A model generated the notes under the pieces. That model was not told the origin of the DNA. It saw nothing but the letters and a program-made list of their open reading frames with translations, and made no database searches. From Lepidodermella squamata (lineage: Eukaryota > Animalia > Gastrotricha), in assembly GCA_047495785.1 (NCBI GenBank), contig JBLDXI010000020.1, positions 3,100,001-3,164,000 on the forward strand: 64,000 nt of DNA, in the 5' to 3' direction. Positions 46,843 to 56,009 of this stretch are shown in pieces; positions within the stretch are counted from its first letter, which is position 1; every line of letters begins with the position of its first letter. Both the position numbers and the translations under genes were made by a program.

Positions 46843-47955
46843 ATGACGATCAAAGAACTAACAATACCCGAACAAATTCAAATTTTGAAAAATTTGGAAA
46901 AACAGGAAAATCTGCACAATCAAAATATCGCCCTTGCCAATGGAGATACATACACTTTGAAGCATAAATATAACGTAGAAACCGAATTGAATCCTCTAGC
47001 ATCCATTCAAAATGCGATCAAACAACGACCTGTTGTCAATTCTATAGAAAAATTGAATAATAATTTAACAAGAATGAAACCTGAGGTGATAGCCAAAGAA
47101 ATAGCCCAAGAAGTTAAATCTGAACTAAAGCAACCTAAATTGGAACCTTCAAGCCCATTATCAAAAAGTGAGTCATCTGATAGAGATGAAACCACAAATG
47201 AAGAATATCAAAGTGCTCGAGAGCCTGAGATCGATATTAAAAGCATTAATGAGAATGTAATCAAGAAACATAATTTCCCCCTGGTTGATGACATTGAAGC
47301 TGATAATATTGAAGATGTCATACATGATATATCTGAATATAATAAGAGGGTTTTAGGATCACGTTTAGCTACTTTGACACGTGGCGGTAAAAAAGAATCA
47401 GAGGAATACAATCAAATAAAATTCGAAATTGGAGAACTTAAAAAATACAGGTCAGCATTAGAGAAACTAACTGGGGAACAGAGTGGCAGCGGATTTGCTA
47501 AACCAATTCCAAAAAATTTAATAAAATTTGGGAAATATTATGCTAAGATTAAAGATCTTGCGAGTAACAAATTATGCATTAGGAAGAAAAATAATGCGAT
47601 AGTTTTTAATATGAATATAACCAATGGAGTAAAACATTTGTTATTCAAAAACTACGATCCAAAGAAGTACAACTATACGAATGAAGATATTGACGTGTAT
47701 AAAGAAATAATAAGAAAGACCAATTTCGAACCTAAAAAACATTCCAAGGTAAATAGGGTTATAAAAGGAGAATCACTATTTCTGAATGTCAAGGATGCAA
47801 AAACAAGACTATTACATTGCATTGGTGAAATAAAAGCCGGTAACAACAATAAAGAAATTAAAAATGAATTAGTATCCATAGCTGATTTACTTCTGAAACA
47901 TAAAAATATCTCAGATGCAGAATACAAGAATGTTTGCACGTTCGCCGGCGTGTGA
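46843..47955 (+). CDS. Conserved Polinton virion-module protein with a C-terminal RL...GE..AGNN..I.NE motif
   Basis: RLLHCIGEIKAGNNNKEIKNELVSIADLL resembles a motif common in Polintons/adintoviruses. Lies between the ATPase and the minor capsid. First ATG at 46843. Confidence 0.65.
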   Translation: MTIKELTIPEQIQILKNLEKQENLHNQNIALANGDTYTLKHKYNVETELNPLASIQNAIKQRPVVNSIEKLNNNLTRMKPEVIAKEIAQEVKSELKQPKLEPSSPLSKSESSDRDETTNEEYQSAREPEIDIKSINENVIKKHNFPLVDDIEADNIEDVIHDISEYNKRVLGSRLATLTRGGKKESEEYNQIKFEIGELKKYRSALEKLTGEQSGSGFAKPIPKNLIKFGKYYAKIKDLASNKLCIRKKNNAIVFNMNITNGVKHLLFKNYDPKKYNYTNEDIDVYKEIIRKTNFEPKKHSKVNRVIKGESLFLNVKDAKTRLLHCIGEIKAGNNNKEIKNELVSIADLLLKHKNISDAEYKNVCTFAGV

Positions 47956-48009
47956 ACGTTGGCACGTTTGCAATATTTGTAAATTCGCCAATATCTAACT
48001 TAATACTAA

Positions 48010-48750
48010 ATGAGTATGATATTTTTGCCATTAGAAAATAATCAGAATAACAAGTCAACACTAAATAATACTATAGATCGCTATCTTAATCAAAAGATCA
48101 ACTTTTCAGGACGGAAAATAGCTGTTTCCTATATTCATTTTTATGACACATTTCATAATGTTTCTGGGAAATATAATAACAACAAACTAAAATACATAAC
48201 AGAAGGTGAAACATTTGAGGTTACATTTCCTGATGGGACCTATACTTACAAAGATTTTGATAATTACTTACACTTCTCCATGAAAAATAATAATCACTAT
48301 TCCCTGGATAAGGAATCAGGGGTTGAAATTTATCCAATAAATCTCGTGGTAAATAGTGTATTTTCTTGTCTCAGCATTAGGATATCAGAGAAATCTAGCC
48401 TTTTAATAGAATCTGACGGGATTTCAAAATTTTTAGGAATCGAAATTGGAAATTACGATAGTGATTTCAATTCTCAGAAAATACCTGACATCACAATGGG
48501 GTTTGATACTTTATTTGTTCATTGCAATGTTGTTGATAATTCTATAATTCCTGAATATAACACAGTCATTTTCACATGTCCCATGAATAGGAGGTTCGGT
48601 GAGCATGTAAATATAACACCGAATGAAAAACGGTATTTAGATTGTAATAACGCAAATACGCAAAATATTAAAATCTGGCTGACAAACCAAGACGGATTGC
48701 CTATTCACTTTGTTGAAAACAAATGGGGCATTGGATTGGATATTTTATGA
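48010..48750 (+). CDS. Minor capsid protein (penton, single jelly roll)
   Basis: FHNVS..NN, FPDGTY, LFVHCNVVDNS and IKIWLTNQDG.PIHF motifs typical of Polinton minor capsids; 246 aa. Confidence 0.8.
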   Translation: MSMIFLPLENNQNNKSTLNNTIDRYLNQKINFSGRKIAVSYIHFYDTFHNVSGKYNNNKLKYITEGETFEVTFPDGTYTYKDFDNYLHFSMKNNNHYSLDKESGVEIYPINLVVNSVFSCLSIRISEKSSLLIESDGISKFLGIEIGNYDSDFNSQKIPDITMGFDTLFVHCNVVDNSIIPEYNTVIFTCPMNRRFGEHVNITPNEKRYLDCNNANTQNIKIWLTNQDGLPIHFVENKWGIGLDIL

Positions 48751-48771
48751 AATTTCTAGTTTGATAATAAA

Positions 48772-49083
48772 ATGAAACAGAAATCTATAAAGGTTTATAT
48801 TCAGGGTAGAGGATTTGCTGAAGTGAGTAGGCAATTATTAGGGAAATTAATTAGCATAGGTAGAGAACCAGTTCAGTCTTTATTAAAATCTGCTTTGAAA
48901 TCTGGAAGTGAAACAGTAGGCGATAAATTGGGGAATTATGTAGCAGACGCAATTACTGAAAAATTAATTCCTGATTCAAAACAAAATATAAAAGCCATCG
49001 AAGAATTGGAAAATAAAATTAAAAAAGAGATTGCTGATTATAGTTCTGGTAAAGTCGTTGGCAAAGGGTTCAAAAAAATCTAG
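48772..49083 (+). CDS. Small putative virion core protein (103 aa)
   Basis: Sits between the capsid genes. GRG and GKG motifs could be protease sites. Confidence 0.5.
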   Translation: MKQKSIKVYIQGRGFAEVSRQLLGKLISIGREPVQSLLKSALKSGSETVGDKLGNYVADAITEKLIPDSKQNIKAIEELENKIKKEIADYSSGKVVGKGFKKI

Positions 49084-49096
49084 TTATATTGATAAA

Positions 49097-50476
49097 ATGT
49101 TACAGCAAGAAATCATTAACAATCTGTTTGAAACCAACGAAATTGATGACAGATTATTTGAGAAGAAGGTATGGACTGAAACTCCCGCGCAGAATTTCAT
49201 TCAGGATAGTCAGAGCCAACCAAACAAATTAATTTTTTCAACGATAAACTTGAAAGACAATTTTCTATTAGTTCGGGAAGGGTACATTGAATTTCAGCTT
49301 CACTTTGTCAGAAATAATGCTAAGGATTTTGCTGCTACTGATAAATACGCTATTCGCAATCATGTACTAAGTTTATTCGAATCAATTGAAATTCAAATTT
49401 CAGACAGTGATCATAAAATTGAAGAATTGAGATTCACCGAACATTGGGCAAATATCAACTTCTTGTTAAAATGGAGTAAAGAATATGCTGAGACGTATGG
49501 AGAAGAATCGTTGTTTTCTAGGGATTGTCCATTGCCAAGAGCAACAAGAACACTTAGCGAAGATGTAACAGCTGATTCATTTGACGGATCCAAAGCTACT
49601 GCGAATAATGGCCTTATTGTAAGGAGTTCATTTGTAAAAAGTAACCAAATGATATGTACTCTGTTCTTGAAAGATCTTCCATTTTTCAATTCATTCAATG
49701 GTATTTTCACCAAATCAAGATTCAGAATTATATTAACCCCGAATTATAGTAAAAGCCTAATATATGTCATTGCAGATGCAGCCACGGGTGAAACTGCTGG
49801 CATGACATATAAAATATCGAAAGCAAATCTGATGATTCCAGAAGTTACGCTCATGAATAAAAATAAGTTGGAAGTTTTAGAAAAATTCAATTCAGGATTT
49901 TCAAAAGTTCACAAATGGATGTCGATCGAACCATTCCAATCACAGCAATTTGCAAATAATATTCAGAATATTCAATGGACAGTGTCAACAGAAATTAAGA
50001 AACCAAATTACATTTATTTAGTATTAATTCCTGATTATACTGATACTGAAATACCTAAAAAATTAAACCAGATATACAACCTATGGAACATTACTTCATA
50101 TTCTTTGTTGATTAATAACAAGGAAGCTTTTAATGAGTCAAATGTTAGTTTTAATTCATTGAAGGCCCATAAATTATATCAATATATAAAACAGAATATG
50201 TCTCAATCAGGTGACAGAGAAAGTTTAAATATAGGATCACAAATTTCATATCTTGATTTCTGCAATTTGTATAGAATCTTATGTTTCAATCTAAATGATA
50301 TCGATGCAAGTTCAATATATAATTCACGTGCTGATAATACTTGTTCAATCGTTTTCAAAGCTACTGTTGGAGCAGTTAATAAACCATTAGTAATTTATAG
50401 CTTTATTGAACGTGAAAAAGAAATCGCGTTTAATTATAAGCATGGAACTTTGGATATTTCTCTGCAAAGTCTATGA
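49097..50476 (+). CDS. Major capsid protein (hexon-like double jelly roll), ~459 aa
   Basis: Size, beta-rich composition, SLFESIEIQI and KPNYIYL segments, and position in the capsid module. First ATG at 49097. Confidence 0.75.
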   Translation: MLQQEIINNLFETNEIDDRLFEKKVWTETPAQNFIQDSQSQPNKLIFSTINLKDNFLLVREGYIEFQLHFVRNNAKDFAATDKYAIRNHVLSLFESIEIQISDSDHKIEELRFTEHWANINFLLKWSKEYAETYGEESLFSRDCPLPRATRTLSEDVTADSFDGSKATANNGLIVRSSFVKSNQMICTLFLKDLPFFNSFNGIFTKSRFRIILTPNYSKSLIYVIADAATGETAGMTYKISKANLMIPEVTLMNKNKLEVLEKFNSGFSKVHKWMSIEPFQSQQFANNIQNIQWTVSTEIKKPNYIYLVLIPDYTDTEIPKKLNQIYNLWNITSYSLLINNKEAFNESNVSFNSLKAHKLYQYIKQNMSQSGDRESLNIGSQISYLDFCNLYRILCFNLNDIDASSIYNSRADNTCSIVFKATVGAVNKPLVIYSFIEREKEIAFNYKHGTLDISLQSL

Positions 50477-50501
50477 AAAGAAAATCTAGTCTTCCAATAA
50501 A

Positions 50502-51119
50502 ATGAGTAGATATTTTGAATATGAAATTCCTCTGTCTGATGGGCAAATTCAAAAATTACAATCAGGGATAAATAATAGGAAATGCATAACATTGCTAATA
50601 AGTAAGAAAGATATTCATTCAAAAACTAACTTGAAAAAAGTGTTCCTTACGAAATCCCAAATCAATAAAATAGAAAAACATAGAACTATGAACACGGGAG
50701 TGGAAGTACAATTTAGCCTTTCACAGTTAAAAAAGAACCAAACAGGCGGAATGATTCCTTTACTGCCGATATTAGCGAAAGTTGGATCAATTGCTGCCCC
50801 ATTGGCCATTTCTGCAGTATCTGGTTTAGTCAATTCAGCTGCTAATGCAATAGGCAATAAACTTGCAGGGAATGGCGTAACTGAAAATGTGAATCTCAAT
50901 ATTCCTAAAAAGGATTTGGCTGAGATTATCAAATACATTGATGTTTTGGAAAATAAAAATATACTACCTGGCGGATCTAAATCAGCATCTGAGAAAGATA
51001 TTGAACAGAGTGGCGGCGCATTTGTTCTACCGCTGATTGCTAGTTTATTGGGTACGTTTTTACCCACATTATTCCAGAAAGGAAATGGCATATATTTGCC
51101 ATGGGAGTCAAAAAACTGA
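50502..51119 (+). CDS. Putative core/membrane-active protein with QxGG-hydrophobic motifs (205 aa)
   Basis: QTGGMIPLLPILA and QSGGAFVLPLIASLL. Adjacent to the protease. Confidence 0.6.
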   Translation: MSRYFEYEIPLSDGQIQKLQSGINNRKCITLLISKKDIHSKTNLKKVFLTKSQINKIEKHRTMNTGVEVQFSLSQLKKNQTGGMIPLLPILAKVGSIAAPLAISAVSGLVNSAANAIGNKLAGNGVTENVNLNIPKKDLAEIIKYIDVLENKNILPGGSKSASEKDIEQSGGAFVLPLIASLLGTFLPTLFQKGNGIYLPWESKN

Positions 51120-51556
51120 AAAAATTCTTCCCTCTTTCAAATAGGCAAATTGATAATATTTTATCTATGAAATTGGGGAGAGAATACAGCGGATGCTTTC
51201 CGCGAGATGGCCTACCGTATGTTTTGAAAAATGGTTATTATGTCATAAATTTAGATAATCAATCTGGAACGCATTGGGTATGCATGCAAGTGACTGATAG
51301 CAATATAGTTTATTTTGATAGCTTCGGATTTATATGCCCAAATGAAATAATAGTTAGAAAAGCTGCGAGGGATATATATTACAACACCCATGAGATTCAA
51401 AATATGAAATCGGTGGCCTGCGGTTTTTACTGTATCTATTTTTTGTGTGAATTGTACAGAGGCCGAGATAAACTTGAGATACTGCTGGATTTCGAGAACA
51501 ATAACAATCTCTCGAACGACTTGAAATTGATGAAATGGTTTAATGATAACTTCTAG
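51101..51556 (+). CDS. Adenain-like maturation cysteine protease
   Basis: GTHWV (His), YFDSFG (Asp), QNMKSVACGFYC (Gln and Cys). Confidence 0.92.
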   Translation: MGVKKLKKFFPLSNRQIDNILSMKLGREYSGCFPRDGLPYVLKNGYYVINLDNQSGTHWVCMQVTDSNIVYFDSFGFICPNEIIVRKAARDIYYNTHEIQNMKSVACGFYCIYFLCELYRGRDKLEILLDFENNNNLSNDLKLMKWFNDNF

Positions 51557-51569
51557 TTAGAATGTAAGA

Positions 51570-51701
51570 ATGTTTTGTATGAAATGTAAAATCGTTACTG
51601 GGAATGCTAATGAGCAAATTGCATATACAAAAAATAAGAAAAAAGTCTTAAAATGTATATGCATTTTATGCAAGTCCAAAAAGTGTAAATTTATTACTTG
51701 A
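51570..51701 (+). CDS. 43-aa zinc-ribbon protein (DUF5679-like), below the ORF-track length cutoff
   Basis: Translated by hand: MFCMKCKIVTGNANEQIAYTKNKKKVLKCICILCKSKKCKFIT. TCTAGT lies 18 nt upstream, as for its neighbours. Confidence 0.65.
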   Translation: MFCMKCKIVTGNANEQIAYTKNKKKVLKCICILCKSKKCKFIT

Positions 51702-51732
51702 AGCTTTGTTACTGTTATTAGGTAAGTTGCTA

Positions 51733-52227
51733 ATGGAAAGAAAAATGACTGATGAAGAGCTTTTCGATTTGCATTACAAAATCGATAGAAGTGGGTCATA
51801 TGAAAACCTTGCACACAAATATATGACTTGCGAAGTTTGCAACATTGATCTATTTCCTGATTATCATGAAAATTTCAATATTTGTACGTCTTGCGGCCGA
51901 TGCTATCCTTATTGTAATCCTGAAGGTAGCACCAGGTTTTCGCCGCCTTACAAAAGGGCGTGGCATATCATGTCTGTTATCAGAAAGCATGACTTACACA
52001 TTAATGGTAATGAGCAAGACAAAATCATGAATTTATACAAAGAATTAGATAGACTATATTTCAAGAAATTTCCAAAGAAAAATATGATACATATACTATT
52101 TGTGTTACAATATATGTGTAAAAAATTAGGCTTTGTACATATAGCCCAAAGAATCAAGATTATAAAAAATGAAAAACTTTTGAAAAAATGGGACGATAAA
52201 TTAAATCTAGTATTTAACCAAGAATGA
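51733..52227 (+). CDS. VLTF3-like (poxvirus late transcription factor 3 family) zinc-ribbon protein
   Basis: CEVC...ICTSCG followed by YKRAWH, KKNMIHILFVL and KLLKKWD, matching the VLTF3 pattern. Confidence 0.65.
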   Translation: MERKMTDEELFDLHYKIDRSGSYENLAHKYMTCEVCNIDLFPDYHENFNICTSCGRCYPYCNPEGSTRFSPPYKRAWHIMSVIRKHDLHINGNEQDKIMNLYKELDRLYFKKFPKKNMIHILFVLQYMCKKLGFVHIAQRIKIIKNEKLLKKWDDKLNLVFNQE

Positions 52228-52958
52228 AAAGCTCCGTAATTTTTATCCCTAAAGAATGGAATGAACATAGCAAAAATAAAGGAAACGATAAATATATACG
52301 AAGTGATGGATCAGTGCCATTTGATGGAAATGTAAATATGAATAATAAAAGGATAGAGAATGTTGGCGACCCTGTGCATAATAGCGATGCAGTTAATCTG
52401 AAAGCTTTCGTGACAGAACGTGAGAAATTTATAAAGGGCTGTGAAGATAAACTAACATCACATGTTTCGACTTACAATACGTTCAAAGCCAAAGTTGAAC
52501 AGGATATGACGAAAATATCCGGTTTAAATCGGGAAAATATGTCTCTTTTTATGTCTGGGCATAATAGCATTGAAAATAAGAAATTCCTAGCATTTAATAT
52601 TTTACATTCTACTCATATGTCAATCGATAGCAGTGGTGCTTTTTCAGAGGGAGACGACGAAGGAGATGCGATTTTACCTGGTTCAGTGGCAATTAAGGAA
52701 CCCCTTTTTGCCCGCATACAGCTGTGGATAGCCGTAAATGGAGAAAGCACCTCAATCGCGATCAGCCTAGTGAAGAATGAGCATCAAGTTTTGGGGAATA
52801 AATACTCCACATATAATCAGCTCGGAGAAACACGTTTAGAACACTTGGAAATGATTGAAAACTTTGATAGAGGTGATAAATTTCAGGTTTTATTGACAAC
52901 CAAGTCTAAAATAACTTGTAAATTTTATCTAAGAATTTCTAGTTTATTATATAAATGA
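52224..52958 (+). CDS. Putative fiber/adhesin-like protein (244 aa)
   Basis: DGSVPFDGNVNMNNKRIENVGDP...DAVN repeat motif, then a coiled coil and a beta-rich C-terminal head. Confidence 0.5.
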   Translation: MKSSVIFIPKEWNEHSKNKGNDKYIRSDGSVPFDGNVNMNNKRIENVGDPVHNSDAVNLKAFVTEREKFIKGCEDKLTSHVSTYNTFKAKVEQDMTKISGLNRENMSLFMSGHNSIENKKFLAFNILHSTHMSIDSSGAFSEGDDEGDAILPGSVAIKEPLFARIQLWIAVNGESTSIAISLVKNEHQVLGNKYSTYNQLGETRLEHLEMIENFDRGDKFQVLLTTKSKITCKFYLRISSLLYK

Positions 52959-53563
52959 CCGAGCATAATATTTATCCAACAGCCCCTAAATTGGAAACGC
53001 GTTTAGAAACAAACAGTACTCAGGAATTTAGGATTAGTGAAATTAAAAAACTAAAAGAAGTAATGAAAAACGAGATTGATTTTCGCCTTAAATGCTACGA
53101 TAAGTATAAGAGATCAGCTAATGCACTTAATGGTGTTAATATCGGCCTGTCATCGATGTCAATTGGACTTGGCGTAGGAGGAATAGGGCTGCTAACAACT
53201 ATAATAAGCACTCCTATAGTTATTGTTTTAGAAGCTATTTCTATCGGATCTGGACTTGTTAGTATTGGGTTTGGTATTGGTGCTAAGCAGCTCATGAAAA
53301 AGGCTGAAAAGCATGAGAGATTGTGCATGCTAGCTATAAGCAAGCTGAACTCGATAAATGATCTAATATCGAAAGCACTGAATGACAATTTCATTAGTGA
53401 TAGTGAGTATAAAATCATAACTAAAGAATATGAAAAATACTTAGAGATGAAGTCTCCGATTAAAAAAGATTTAGATAGTAAATCTTCTGTTAGTGATAAA
53501 GAAATAAAAAAGGAGTTCATAAAAAAGATCCAAGAATTACAATTAGATGTAAAAAGTCGATAA
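52955..53563 (+). CDS. Two-TM membrane protein typical of Polintons (202 aa), N-terminal YPTAP
   Basis: Gly-rich hydrophobic hairpin; KHE...A.SKLNSI.DLISKAL.D..I...E segment. Confidence 0.7.
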   Translation: MTEHNIYPTAPKLETRLETNSTQEFRISEIKKLKEVMKNEIDFRLKCYDKYKRSANALNGVNIGLSSMSIGLGVGGIGLLTTIISTPIVIVLEAISIGSGLVSIGFGIGAKQLMKKAEKHERLCMLAISKLNSINDLISKALNDNFISDSEYKIITKEYEKYLEMKSPIKKDLDSKSSVSDKEIKKEFIKKIQELQLDVKSR

Positions 53564-53854
53564 TTCATTTGAATATTCATACGGCCGAACAGGATAGCCG
53601 AAATTTAACTTTGGGCTTGGCACCTTTCTCGAATTCTGAGAATCTGCCACCTTATTCACCCTAATAATTGTTGGCTTCTTAGCTGAATACTCCTTACGTA
53701 ATTTCAGTCCAACGTAGCCACTAATAATCACCAAAAAGATTACACATGTATACATAACTATCGTTTTCATTTCCAAATTGTTGATGTGGGCAGCTTTAAC
53801 AATTTCCTTGGTATGCCTTAACATCTCTTCCATGTAACTACAGGAATCGTGCAT
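53543..53854 (-). CDS. Single-pass membrane hypothetical protein (103 aa)
   Basis: Hydrophobic stretch IVMYTCVIFLVIISGYVGL. Confidence 0.45.
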   Translation of the reverse strand: MHDSCSYMEEMLRHTKEIVKAAHINNLEMKTIVMYTCVIFLVIISGYVGLKLRKEYSAKKPTIIRVNKVADSQNSRKVPSPKLNFGYPVRPYEYSNELSTFYI

Positions 53855-53866
53855 TTTTATTTTTTA

Positions 53867-54232
53867 CTATATACTCTCCCTGAGATTTTTCATTTCAGTG
53901 AGAAATTCTTTGATTTCGAGCTTTGCTTTCTCTTTCCTCTCTTTCTGACTTACTTTTCTAATTTCAGCCTGTTTTTCTTGTTGCTGCTTAGTAGTTAAGA
54001 AGCTGTTATAAAGAGACTCAAACTTAATCTTCTCTTTTTCCATGTCTAACAATTTTCGCTCAATGTCTTTCGCCGATCCTTTTTTCATCTTTTCGAGTTC
54101 CCTGTACTGTTTACTTAACGTTTTGAATCCTACGGAAATATCCTTAATTTCTTGTTTTAACTGCTCTTGGATGCTTTCATTATCATCCAACATTTCATCC
54201 ACTTCTGTCAGCGCTATGAATGTACCTGGCAT
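53867..54232 (-). CDS. Coiled-coil hypothetical protein (121 aa)
   Basis: Paralog of 54317-54598; E/K-rich. Confidence 0.55.
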   Translation of the reverse strand: MPGTFIALTEVDEMLDDNESIQEQLKQEIKDISVGFKTLSKQYRELEKMKKGSAKDIERKLLDMEKEKIKFESLYNSFLTTKQQQEKQAEIRKVSQKERKEKAKLEIKEFLTEMKNLRESI

Positions 54233-54316
54233 GTCTATATTAGTAGTCGAGAAATTTATTTTCGCTTTCTTCTCGCCTGAACTTTATTCATCGGCAAAAT
54301 TTTTAGTGGATATTGA

Positions 54317-54598
54317 TTATTTTCTAATTTCAGCCTGTTTTTCTTGTTGCTGATTAGCAGTTAAGAGGCTGCTATAAAGAGACTCGAACTTAATCTTCTC
54401 TTTTTCCATGTCTAACAATTTTCGCTCAATTTCTTTCTCCGATCCTTTTTTCATCTTTTCGAGTTCCCTGTACTGTTTACTTAACGTTTTGTATCCTACG
54501 GAAATATCCTTAATTTCTTGTTTACACCGCTCTAGGATGCTTTCATAATCTTCCATCATTTCAATCACTTCTGTCAGCGCTACGAATGTATCTGGCAT
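54317..54598 (-). CDS. Coiled-coil hypothetical protein, shorter tandem paralog (93 aa)
   Basis: Tandem duplication at a 366-bp offset with diverged sequence. Confidence 0.5.
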   Translation of the reverse strand: MPDTFVALTEVIEMMEDYESILERCKQEIKDISVGYKTLSKQYRELEKMKKGSEKEIERKLLDMEKEKIKFESLYSSLLTANQQQEKQAEIRK

Positions 54599-54621
54599 GT
54601 CTATATAAGTTGTGGAGAAAT

Positions 54622-54918
54622 TTATTTTCGCTTTCTTCTCGCCTGAACCTCATTCATTGACATAATTTTTACTGGATACTGATTATTCTCTTCCGGGGGT
54701 AGTAAATTCACCTTAATATTGCCTCCATGCTGATGTTTATAGCCGGAGTTTTCTCTAAATTCTTGATTCGAGCCTAGCCATTTCTGTAAATTATAATATA
54801 TCATCCCTTTGCTCACGTTGAATTTCGCCGCAATTTGTAATACAGGAGTTTTGCCTTTAAAATATTCTTCAATAATTTTGGCTTTAGTTTCTGTGCTTAT
54901 TTGTTTCGTTCTCAACAT
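54622..54918 (-). CDS. Helix-turn-helix DNA-binding protein (98 aa)
   Basis: STETKAKIIEEY..GKTPVLQIAAKFNVSKGMIYYNLQKW HTH pattern. Confidence 0.65.
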   Translation of the reverse strand: MLRTKQISTETKAKIIEEYFKGKTPVLQIAAKFNVSKGMIYYNLQKWLGSNQEFRENSGYKHQHGGNIKVNLLPPEENNQYPVKIMSMNEVQARRKRK

Positions 54919-54944
54919 ACTTACCTTATATACAGAAATTTTTT

Positions 54945-55755
54945 TAAAGTTTGAAAGTCTGAACGTTTAAACGTTTGAACTTCGCAGGCGTTGGCATGTG
55001 CCCTTTTACAAGCATATTTACACGTTTGAACGGTTGAAAGCTTGAACGTTTGAACGTTTGAAAGCTTGAATGTTTGAACGTTCGAATTATCAGTGTAAAT
55101 TGTCAGATCAGCATGATATCGGTCGAACAGCCCAACTCGGCGATTACAGTTTCGAATCATCGGCCGACTTTGCGGATTAAAATCGCCTGCGGCTAACCTC
55201 GATTGCGGCTAAAAATTGTGACCGAATTTATTTTTCAAATTTGCCCGGGTTTTATGAATTATCAGCTGATTTTGTGTATAACAGCTAAACTTGAGAAACA
55301 AGTTACAAATTTATTATTCTGAAAATTCCGAAGATGTCGCATACAAATCGCCTGCGGCTAACCTTGGGTTAATTATGACCGAATTTACTTTTCATCGCAT
55401 TTTTTGGCGTTGACAGAGCAGACATTACATCATCTTATAAGCTGCTATTCGCATTCGTAGACATAGATCATATGAATCGGTAGGCTCTGCTGAAACTCCT
55501 AGACCTTAGGAAAATTTGGTTGTCAAATCTCTCACAACGCTGGACACTGAAAATTGTTGAACCTTCGTTTGAAATCTGAACGTTCAAACGTTCGAACTTC
55601 ATAGGCGTTGGCATGTACCCTTTTACCAGCATATTTACACGTTTGAACGGTTGAAAGCTTGAATGTTTGAACGTTCGAATTATCAGTGTAAGTTTGAAGA
55701 TTAGATCTTTGTCAGATCAGGGTATTTAGCAAGATATCGGTCGAACAGCCCAACA
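54945..55755. repeat. TTGAACGTT-rich short repeats; the block at ~54945-55135 is duplicated at ~55570-55755
   Basis: gaacgtttgaa and gaaagcttgaa iterations; ggcgttggcatgt..cccttttac occurs twice. Confidence 0.75.
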
Positions 55756-56009
55756 CATTCACGCTTACTGTTTCGAATTCAGTGAATCATCAGCCGTCTT
55801 CACGAATGAAAATCGCATGCGGCCAACCTTGGGTTTATTGTGACCGAATTTTTAATTCCTTAATTCTTGGCTTCAGCATAGTCAGTTACATGAAGCGCGA
55901 GAGTAACTCTCTGAATGTAATGAACGATACAGTCGAGCTAGCCAACGTGACTTTCCGTCCACAAGTGCCGGCTAAACCTCTGCGCGACGAGATTGGAGAT
56001 CGGACGTAC

